From Cyanophora paradoxa CCMP329 (Eukaryota > Plantae > Glaucophyta), in contig QPMI01000654.1 in NCBI GenBank assembly GCA_004431415.1, forward strand, positions 1 to 57,375: a DNA stretch of 57,375 nucleotides. Direction: 5' to 3'. The translations under genes and the position numbers were made by a program. The notes under the pieces were generated by a model. That model was not told the origin of the DNA and searched no databases. It was given only the letters and a program-made list of their open reading frames with translations. Below, one piece after another: positions 48,686-57,375 of this stretch; the stretch's first letter is position 1; each line of letters begins with the position of its first letter.

Positions 48686-50390
48686 ATGTCTCGGCTCGCG
48701 CTCCCTCCGGAGATCCCGGCTAAGCTGGCGAAGAACACGCTGTACGACGTTCTCTGCGTCGGCGACAGCTTCGGCGTCGATTGGACGGTTTTCGAGGCCG
48801 GCATCAGCGACCAGGCGAAGGAGGCGCAGGCGCGTGCGCTGGAGGATGGCATGCAGTTCAGCCCGAGCAGCAAGGATGTGCTGCGCAAGACCGAGCTGGC
48901 CGAGCGCAAGCGCAAGCTCGCCGCGGCGCGGACTTTGAACGCCGAGGGTGCCCCCGGCCCGTCGGTGCAGTTCTCCATCGACTCCGTCCTGTCGCGGCTG
49001 CGGCTCGCGGAGGTGCTCGCTGCCTCTTTCTCCCTCACGCGCCCGGCTCGCAGCGGCTGAGGCGCCGCCGCGCTCGCAGGACGCGGACGTGCGGGCGATG
49101 CACGCGGCGCTGAACATGACGGAGGAGAACTTCGACACGCCGAGCAAGCCGAAGCCCGGGCGCGATTCCGACGCCCGCCGGCTGTTCGCGGCGCAGCGCC
49201 TGCGGCTGCTCATGGGCGCCGTGCCCCGGCACATCGCCAAGGGCGAGTGGCGCACGATTGGCCTGCTGGCGGGCCCGGAGGAGTTCTACTTCAACCGCAT
49301 GGCGGAGGCGGCCGGGCACCTGCTCTGGCTGCTGGTGCTCAGCTCGGACCCGGCCTACAAGCCCGAGGTGCGCCCCAGCCGCCCGTGCAGCCGCGGCCGC
49401 CCCTCCCCGCCGACCCCCGCCGGCCCGCAGATGCTGGCGAAGGGCATCATGGGCATCGAGGTGCGCTGCATCAAGAAGAACAGCCGCGACTTCATCACGC
49501 GCCACGAGAGCTCGGCGGTCTGGGGCGAGCGGCCGGACACCGGCGTCCTCACCGACGCCTACGCCATCCGCATCGTGCTGGAGGCGGCCTGCCGGACGTG
49601 CCGGGACCGCCACGGGCGCCAGGGCATCTGCGCCTTCGACCTGGTTCCGGAGTTCGAGGTGCCCGGCGTCACCATCGGCGACCGCGTGCAGGTGCGCCGT
49701 TTCTATTTGGATGCTATTTAGATGCTATTTAGACTATTTAGATGCTATTTAGACTATTTAGATGCCATTTAAACCCCTCGCAGGTCATCCGGCGGTGCTC
49801 GATGCCGGACTCGTACGGGCGCCCCATGATCCACGGCGCCGTCAAGTACGTGGTGCCGCGGCGCACCCTCGCCTCGCCTTCTTCGTCCCCGTCTTCGACA
49901 AGGCGGCGGCCGCCGCCGCCGCCGCCGCCTCCCGCCCCGCCCCATGCTCGCGGCCACGGAGTCCTCGGATTCCGGCTCGGATTCCGAGGAGGAGCGCGAC
50001 GCCGAGGCCGCCGCCGCGGCCCGGGCGCTGGACTTCACGGAGGAGGAGCTCGAGCGGGCGCGGAGCCTGCCGCGCGCCGGCCGGGAGATGACCGCCGTCT
50101 TCAAGGCGGCGATCGGCGAGGCGACGGCCTCCGCCTCCGGCGACGGGGCCGGAGTTAGCAAGATCACGGCGGAGGGCCTCGCGCGCGCCATGCGCGTGGC
50201 CCAGGCCCAGGCCCAGGCGAAGGCAAGGGCAAGGGCAAGGTCGCCTACATCAACCTCAAGTTCGAGAAGGAGGACGTGCCCGCCCCGGCGGCGCGGCGCG
50301 ATCTCGGCGAGCAGATGGAGGCGGCGGCCCCAAGGCGGCCGGCCCGAGCCGGCCGGTGCGCCCTCCCACCCAAAATTCTGAGCCTAGGGC
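48686..50390 (+). CDS. Orphan multi-exon protein
   Basis: MSRLALPPEIP..FGVDWTVFEAGISDQAKEAQ..RLAE|DADVRAM..AYKPE|MLAKGIM..CRTCRDRHGRQGIC..DRVQ|VIRRCSM. Three clear GT-AG introns at ~49013-49079, ~49368-49430 and ~49692-49783. The 3' part is frameshifted. Confidence 0.65.
49703..49772 (+). repeat. Intronic tandem repeat (TATTTAGATGC/TATTTAGAC)
   Basis: About six units inside the third intron of the 48686 gene. Confidence 0.85.
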
Positions 50391-50408
50391 GTTCCGGCGC
50401 CGCAAGGA

Positions 50409-53400
50409 ATGACCCTGCCCACAGAGGAGGAGCTGGAGGCCGAGCGCGAGATGGAGGAGGAGGCCGCGCTGGCGGCGGCGGCGGACGCGAAGGCGGCGCG
50501 CGAGCTGGAGGTGGCGGAGGAGTACGCGATGGAGCTGGAGCGCGAGCGCGAGCGCGAGGGCGAGGCCGACGCCGAGCTGGCGGCGGCGGCGGCGGGGGAC
50601 ACCTTCGAGCCCGAGCCCCCCGTCGACGAGTTCTACCCCCTCCCGCCCTCCCCCTCCCTCGAGTACGCCCCGCCGCCGCCCGTGGAGGAGTTCTCGGACG
50701 ACGAGCCCGGCGACGCTGGCCCCAGGCCGCCCCTCGTCTCCCCCCGCCGCCCGCCCGCCCCCGTGCCCCCCGCCAGCCCCGCCGCCTCCGACGTCTCCTG
50801 GCGCCCGAGCGGCAACCCCTCGGCCTTCAGGGACTTCAGCCCGGTGCGCCTCTCGCAGGTCCCGCCGCCGGCCCGCATGCCCCCTCCGCCCCCTCCGGCC
50901 CCTCCGGCCCCTCCGGCCCCTCCGGCCGCCCGCGCCGCGCCCCGCTCCCGCCGGCCCAGCAGCGGCGCGAGCGCGAGCGGCAGCTGCTGCGCGATCAGCG
51001 GGCGGAGGCGGAGGCGGACCACGACGACGGCCAGGCGTCGGAGAGCGACGGCGAGCCCCCGCGCGCCACCAGGCTGAGCTGGCGCGGGCGGAGCTGGCGG
51101 CGCAGCCGCGCGAGGCGCCCGAGATCGACATGTCCAAGTACGACGACGTGACAACGTACAGCAAGGACAACAAGTCAAGAAGGAGCGGCCATTCAGGATG
51201 CGCTCCGCCTCTTCGTCAAGAACAACGTGCGCCCCGCCCCCTTAGCTGCGCGCCCCGCCCCTTAGAGGCCGGAGGCGGCCGTGGCCCAGCTGCTTAAGGC
51301 GCTGGGCCGAGCCGCCTTCGGCCGGTGCGCCCCCCTCCCGCGTTCGAACCCCGCTAACCCCTTTTGCCGGCGCAGCGGATCGTGCGCCAGAGACCCTACG
51401 GCCCGAACTCCCCGCCACCTTCTACGTCGAGCTCCCGAACTCTTCGTGTACGACAAGGTCAGCGCGAACAGGCACGCCGGGCGCGGGACGATGAAGGAGG
51501 TCATCCAGCTGCTGGCGATGACCTTCCACAAGACCTACGAGTCCAACCCCGGCTCCTTCGAGTTCACCTTCTCGAAGGAGGTGCTCTCGGGCGGACGCGC
51601 ACGTTCGTGGAGGAGTCCCTCCAGCTCGAGGACGTCTGCCCCGAGATGCCCGTCATCCCGGCTTCGCCTTCGCCTGCGACACGCGTGCGCCGCCCGTACC
51701 CTGCGCCCGCCCCGTACCCCGCCGACGCCCCTTGCGCAGATTTCGTGGTGCGGGCGCCGCAGGACAGCACGGGCAGCGCCTGCGTCCTCGTCATGACGCA
51801 CGAGGAGGCACGGAGCGGTACGCGGGCTACATGAACACCTGCTACATCCAGGGGCGCCTGCCCGCGGGCATCGAGGAGGCGACCGAGACCTGCGACTGGC
51901 CCACCGTGTACGGCATGCTGCACCCCTTCATGCCCAACGTCGTCAAGCACCTGGCGGACAACGGCTACGTGACGGCCGACGAGTTCGGCTACGCGGCGGC
52001 CGTCCTCTACGCCTTCAACCTCGTCGGGCCGTGGAACTTCTGCGACAAGCCCGTCTTCGACCGGAGCCGCGCGCGGAGATCGAGCCGCCGTCGAGGGCGC
52101 CATGCTGCAGTACTGCGGCATCATCAAGGGCCAGTCGGGCACAGGCAAGTCGATGGTGACGCAGATCATGACGGAGTGCCTGCCGCCGGGCCGCGTCTGC
52201 GTCTACCGCCCCTCAAGGGCTCGGCCTTCTCGGAGCACGGCGCGAGGAGGCGATCTGCATGGTGATGCGGAGGCCTCGACCCTAAGGCCTGCTCGGAGGA
52301 GGAGCTCAAGATGCGCTCCGGCGACGCCTACTCCGCAACTTCAAGAACGTCCGCGGCGACGATGTGCGCACCAAGGCGACGCGCAAGGTGCTTGTCATCG
52401 TCTGCAACAGCTTCCGCAGGTGCGCCCGTTCCCCTGCCCCCCTTCCCTTCCCCGGCGCCCTTTCTCACTTGCCCCGGCGCAGCTCGAGAACCGCATGCTC
52501 GAGTTCTTCGCCCGCGTCGTCCTGATCCCCCTCGACCACAAGCCGGCCAAGAAGCGCACCTACTCCACTCCGACATCCGCGAGAACGAGCTGCCGGCGCT
52601 CATGGTCGCGGCCTTCACCTTCGCGTGGAAGATCATCCACGCGCTCTCCGACGGCAAGGCCTCCTGCATCCAGGCCTTCGAGCCGGCGTGGCTGCGGGCG
52701 CAGCGCCTCGGCTTCTGGCAGGAGACGGCCTCCTGTCCCCTCACCCGCTTCATCATCGCCCACTGCGCCGTCGACCCCACCACCTACGTCGCCGCCCCGA
52801 ACACGGAGGGCTACATGACGAGCGTCGCGGGCATCGTCGAGTACATCGCGCGCACGGAGGCCCCGACACCTCCGCCGCCGTCGGCGCCGACATCGAGAAC
52901 GGCCGGCTGGACGAGACCCTCGCCGGCTTCGGCTCCTGGTGCGCCCCTACTCCTACAAGCTCGGCGGCGTCTGGCAGACTACATCCGCGGCATCGTCCCC
53001 AAGGCCCCGCTCTCCCTCGGCGAGAGCCAGCCGGCGCTGGAGGCGATCGCGATCCCCGTCGCCCAGTTCAAGGACCCGGCGCCCGACGTCGGGCCCTTCC
53101 TCGTCAAGCCCCACACCAAGGGCAAGGGCAAGCGCACCCGCAACTCGGCGCCGGCCTTCCTCCGCCCCAGCCCCCGCCACGGCCCCCCAGCAGCGCCCCG
53201 GCCAGCAGCGCATCGACGAGATGCTGCCGCGCCAGGTCCGGCCCCGCGTACCCCCGCCTTCCCTCCCGTACCCCCCTCCCCCGCCCCCTCCTGATCCAAG
53301 GCAGGGTACCCCGACGAACGGCGGCGCGGGCCCGAGCGGCTACGGGAGCTCGGCCTCCTCCGCGAGCGCCGACGGCCCCAGCCCCCTCCCCGCCCGGCGC

Positions 53401-53792
53401 CGTCCTCACCGCGATCCAGGGCTTCGGGGCCAGCAGGAGGCCGAGCGGCGGGCGCTGGCGGCGCGCCAGGCGCGCGAGGCGGAGGAGCGGCGCCAGGCCC
53501 TCTGGGCCAGCGCCTGCAGGCCACCATCGCCTTCCGCGCCGAGCTGGACTCCGGCTTCCGCGCCGGCCAGATCGCCGGGGCGGAGGCCTCGGAGCGCTGG
53601 CGGGCGTTCGAGGCGGAGTCGGCGGGGCTGGCGAAGGGCCTCGGCTACAGCTACCGGCGCGTGCCCGTGCTCAAGGACTACGCGTCGGCCGCGGCGCGGG
53701 AGGCCTCGCGGGCGGAGATCGACGCGGCGGAGGAGCAGGCGGCGCGCGAGGAGGCCGAGGACAACGCGCGCTTCCGGCACCTGCACCACTGA
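50409..53792 (+). CDS. Large protein with a D5-like/superfamily-3 helicase domain (introns and several frameshifts)
   Basis: Acidic/Pro-rich N-terminus. Walker A in LQYCGIIKGQSGTGKSMVTQIM (52129-52152). A downstream LKM(R)SGD..KVLVIVCNSF|QLE..FFARVVLIPLD..DIRENELP series resembles SF3 motif C and the arginine-finger region. The Walker B region is scrambled by indels. Confidence 0.6.
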
Positions 53793-53840
53793 GGCCCGAG
53801 GCGGTATTTTTTCTCAACCCTCCCTCAATTCGGTCCCGCG

Positions 53841-54028
53841 ATGGCCTTCGAAGCTTATCCTGCCCACTACTCGCTAGGAGCGCTGGCCGCGACCCTCACC
53901 TGGCTCCTCGGCGGCACCCCCACGGCCTCGCGGTCATAGGCGTGGGCTTCGGCTACGCCGCCAAGTCCCTCTACGCCCCCGGCGGCGCCTCGCAGGCGGC
54001 GGCCGGCATGCGCCCCGCCGGGCGCTAA
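53841..54028 (+). CDS. Small hydrophobic protein (~62 aa, one frameshift)
   Basis: MAFEAYPAHYSLGALAATLTWLLGGTP / HGLAVIGVGFGYAAKSLYAPGG...GR*. Confidence 0.45.
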
Positions 54029-54123
54029 CTTTTCAAAGTTCATTCTCCCCTCCCCCTTTTCCGAGTTCCGAGTCCGTTGGCGTTCCCTTTTAAATTTTCT
54101 TCATTCTCGTTACACGTTCGAAG

Positions 54124-54597
54124 ATGTCGAGCGCGGTAGAGAAGCTGCTGTGCACCGTGTTCAAATCGGATTCGCGATGCAGCAAGATCGGCGAGGCGGC
54201 GAGGGCTAAGGGCGGGGCGGCGGCGGAGGGCCCAGGGTGAAGGCGGCGGATCCCGCGCCGCCGTCGCTGAAACGATCAAGGGGGCGGGCAAGGGCAGGAG
54301 CGTGGGGGCGCTGCCCTCGTGGCGATCGCGCCGGGGCAGAGGAGGCGGCGCACGCGGCGACGGCGGCGCTGGCCGCGCGGCGCCAGGCGGAGGCCTACCC
54401 GTGCCTGGGCCGGGGCTGCACCGCGGCCGACCGCCCTACGCCGTGAGCGCCTACTTCGACGAGGCCAACCGGCTGAGCTGCCAGGAGCTGTGCGACAACC
54501 GCATGCGGCGCGCCGTGGACGGGCACCTGCCGCTGCTGGTGGCGCTGGCGGCTCGCTCCTGATGGTCTGGTACCTGCGCGCCTGGTCATTTAGATAG
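54124..54597 (+). CDS. Small Cys-containing protein with C-terminal TM (frameshifted)
   Basis: MSSAVEKLLCTVFKSDSRCSK...YPCLGRGCTAADR/PYAVSAYFDEANRLSCQELCDNRMRRAVDGHLPLLVALAA/SLLMVWYLRAWSFR*. Confidence 0.45.
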
Positions 54598-54618
54598 TTT
54601 TTCGAAGTCTAGGTCAAG

Positions 54619-55015
54619 ATGGGCTGGGTGGACGCCGTGCTGACCAAGGTCTTCGGACCGAAGAGCGCGCAGCCGCCGCCGAGCTTCAACCTGGCCGCGG
54701 CGATCAGCACGACGATCGAGCGCAAGAACAACGAGCTCATCCTAAAGAACGACGGCAAGCTTCCCTGGGCGACGTGGCCGCGGGCGCACTCGCAGCACGC
54801 TGACGGGAATCGATCGGACGGGCGCCGCGGGCGTGAAGGTCGGGCAGCGGTTGCGGCGTGCCGGAGCTTGCGATGAAGGGCTGGCACTACGCCAAGATCG
54901 CCGCCGGCGTCGCCGCGGTGCTCCTTGCGATCTGGCTCGCGTGGCAGCTGCGCGCGCCTACCAGGGCGCGCGCCTGCAGAGCGCCCAGCTCGACTATTTT
55001 CTAAAGGCTAGGTAA
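54619..55015 (+). CDS. Small protein with MG- N-terminus and C-terminal TM (frameshifted)
   Basis: MGWVDAVLTKVFGPKS..IERKNNELILKNDGKLP ... AKIAAGVAAVLLAIWLAWQL ... YQGARLQSAQLDYFLKAR*. Confidence 0.45.
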
Positions 55016-55299
55016 AGCGAGCGAACCATGCGCGGCTCTTCCCCCGTGTTTCCTTCGCTGAGAACCCGGTGGCGAACGCAGTCGCCCCTACCCCCTGGAG
55101 CCGAGTGAAGCTGGAGCGTGCGAACGCAGTCTCCGTCAAGAAGGCAAGCGCACGCTGGCGCTGGAAAGTCCGGTCGCGGAGGATACGGAGAAGGTTGCAT
55201 TCACAAGCGCAAGACGTACAAGGCGATACGCGAGGGACAGCTGCTGCCACGGACTCGGTTCCCGGGCTGCCGGGCACCACGGCCGGCGAGCTCCTAGTG

Positions 55300-56366
55300 C
55301 GCAACCTGCGCCTGCAGTACGTCTCCCGCCTCCGCGCTCCAAGGCCAAGAAGGCGCGCCTGGACTCGGGCGATAGCAGCTCTAGCTCGTAGGGCTCTGTA
55401 CTGTTGTATTCAATGCCTTTACCAGTTCCTGTTCCTATCCAGAGCACGACTCGGGTGAAGGGCACGGTCATAGCGAACATGAACTCGGCGAACTTTGCAA
55501 GTTCATCAGGGTTCCCAGGCGGGGATCCTCCAGTAGATCGCCTCGCGCAGCGCCTCGTAGACGCGCATGAGGGAGCGCTCGTTCTCCGTCGCGAAGGCGT
55601 CGCCGGGCTCGTCGGGGTCGGGATCCGTGAGCTCGGAGTACTCGTCCGAGCTGCCCGCGCTCTCGGCACTGCGGCGGGGTGGGCGAGGGTCGGCATTCTT
55701 TGCTGGTAGAAGGGTTAGAAGAGGGACCAGAAAATCACTAGCAATCACGGGCGCCGGAACTCCATCGAGTCGCCGCGCCAGTACTTGTTGCCGGAGGCGA
55801 GCAGCTTCATCGGCTCGCCGTCGAATGTGCTTCCAGGCCTCGCCGTCCCAGAGGCCGTGCCGCCGTCCTCTAGCTTGAGGCGGTGGCCCGCTCGAGCCGG
55901 TTGCCGTCGAGCATGCGACGGCCATGAGCGCCAGGTCCCACTCGGTGAGGTTGCGCTGCTCTGCGGGGTGAGGCCGCGCTCGACGCGCTCGGGCTGGCGC
56001 GCCTCGCGCTCCATGCGGCTGAGGCCACCAGGAAGAAATGGGCAGCGCAAGGCCATGAGATCTAGCAGGGCCTCCATTGAGGAGGGACTTAGAAAGGTTC
56101 CGGACCAGGCCCGAGAGCTGCGGGCCAGGCGCGGCGGCGTAGTAGAGCGCGCGCCGCCGCCGCAAGGATCAGAAGGCGCGGCGGGCCGCGCGCCGCTCCT
56201 CCAGGGTCAGGTCCACGGTCTCCGGCCCGCGCGCGGAGCCGCCAGGATCTCGGGCTCGGAGCAGAGGGACTTGGGCCCGCGGCGGCGGCGCTGCTTGGGC
56301 GCCGAGGCGGCGGCGGTGAGAAGGTCTCAGGCTCCTGCTTGATACTGCGCAATCGGTGAAGTCCAT
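55300..56366 (-). CDS. Orphan protein, heavily frameshifted
   Basis: Coding-like segments in alternating frames: MDFTDCAV..VDLTLEERR..MEALLDLMALRCPFLPGG..FDGEPMKLLASGNKYWRGD..LMRVYEALREAIYW..DELAKFAEFMFAMTVPFTRVVLWIGTGTGKG. Confidence 0.4.
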
Positions 56367-56434
56367 GCTTGCTGGGTACCTTGGAAAATTGTGGGAGGCG
56401 TCCGGAGTGTGCGAACGTAGCTCCAATGGGATTT

Positions 56435-57087
56435 GCGTCATTTACGTCCGCGTCATTTACGTCACGGAGTTTGCCGGCGACTCGGGACTCGGGCCAACTT
56501 CTCCCGGTAAGTTCGAGACTTGAACTCGGCGGGGACCCCCGGTGTCTAGTGTCTAGTGTCTAGTGCTACTAGCTAGGTGGTATCGATATCTAGCTAGCTA
56601 GCGCTAGCGCTTGCTTAATTAATTAACCTGAAGGGTCGCGTCATTTACGTCAGCGTCATTTACGTCACGGAGTTTGCCGGCGACTCGGGACTCGGGCCCA
56701 ACTTCTCCGTAAGTTCGTCAACGACCAGTAGCTACTAGTACCGCTAGTACTACGTAGTACTACTTATACTACTTGGTACTACTTAGTACTACTAGCTTAG
56801 TATAGTAGCCACCGATACTGGTACAGCTTTTATAGATTTAAGCATCATTCAATGTGAATAACGATAATAGTAATAATAATAACGATAAGTAATAGGGATA
56901 CCCTATTTTTCCAAGTCTCGAACTTACCGGGAGAAGTTGGGCCCGAGTCCGAGTCGCCGGCAAACTCCGTGACGTAAATGACGCTGACGTAAATGACGCG
57001 ACCCTTCGGTAACCTCCGCAACCCTTCAGGTAAATGTCAGGTAACTTCAGTTGAGTTAATTAAGCAAGCGCTAGCTAGCTAGATATC
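56435..57087. repeat. Direct plus inverted ~85-bp repeats around an AT-rich core (origin-, enhancer- or terminus-like)
   Basis: GCGTCATTTACGTC(A/C)GCGTCATTTACGTCACGGAGTTTGCCGGCGACTCGGGACTCGGGCC(C)AACTTCTCC..GTAAGTTCG at 56435-56522 and 56638-56717, inverted at 56912-57000. The inverted arms extend to 56585 and 57087, and the AT-rich spacer spans 56718-56911. Confidence 0.9.
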
Positions 57088-57375
57088 ACAGCTCTACCTT
57101 GCCCAGTTGATGGTATCTAGCAGGGCCTGCTCCTCCAAGTCTGCACCGCCGCCGCCGCCCAGCGCTAGCGCTAGCTCGATACCGCCTCCGGCCTTGATCT
57201 CCTTGGCTTCCAGCCACCTGAGGGGCTCAGGCCACCTCCTCCTGGTGAAGCCGGTATCGTTTGCTCTTGTCCAGCTTGAGGTAGCGGGTAGGCGCCGGCG
57301 CCGGCCAGTCCGGCCTGTGGCCGCTTGCCTCCTTGGCTATGTCCTTGGGCCTACGCGGTCGCAGGTCCGCCTTGG

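Larger units (their letters stand above)
42700..57375. mobile_element. Putative endogenous viral element or large virus-like island (right boundary outside the window)
   Basis: Tightly packed orphan genes, a YqaJ nuclease, a D5/SF3-like helicase, small membrane proteins and in-island paralogs, with no recognisable housekeeping genes. No capsid or polymerase was recognised in the window. Confidence 0.6.

Noticed and set aside
55410-55460. WIGTGTGKG as the Walker A of a second helicase
   Set aside because: The spacing is one residue short of GxxxxGK[ST], the S/T is missing, and no downstream Walker B is visible.

Overview
This is the left end of a chromosome from an intron-rich unicellular eukaryote. 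The taxon cannot be determined from the sequence; telomeres are TTAGGG-type and introns are mostly ~45-90 nt GT-AG, with many GC-AG. (1) 1-7362: (CCCTAA)n telomere, followed by a short repeat-containing subtelomere. (2) 8.3-31 kb: host genes, namely a guanylate kinase with an RIIa-type docking domain, TMEM131, a C2/coiled-coil CCDC33-like gene, EMC6, a gene ending in a BUD13-like motif, and a TM-PAS-PAS-adenylyl cyclase fused to a PDE domain that has lost its metal ligands. (3) 31-42.7 kb: a repeat block containing a 40-bp GC minisatellite, five ~1.4-1.6 kb non-coding Helitron-like elements (A|TTG...hairpin-GTGTCTTG|T, no TSD, with an empty-site paralog in the window), and a 1.7 kb LTR-flanked non-autonomous element. 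(4) 42.7-57.4 kb: a gene-dense, virus-like island with a YqaJ exonuclease, a D5/SF3-like helicase, paralogous orphan genes, small membrane proteins, spliceosomal introns and a large inverted-repeat/AT-rich structure. Comparing repeat copies also shows a recurrent 6-nt palindrome-forming insertion signature, which may explain the palindrome-saturated intergenic DNA. All gene models were spliced by eye, and many island ORFs contain 1-nt frameshifts that may be sequencing errors.
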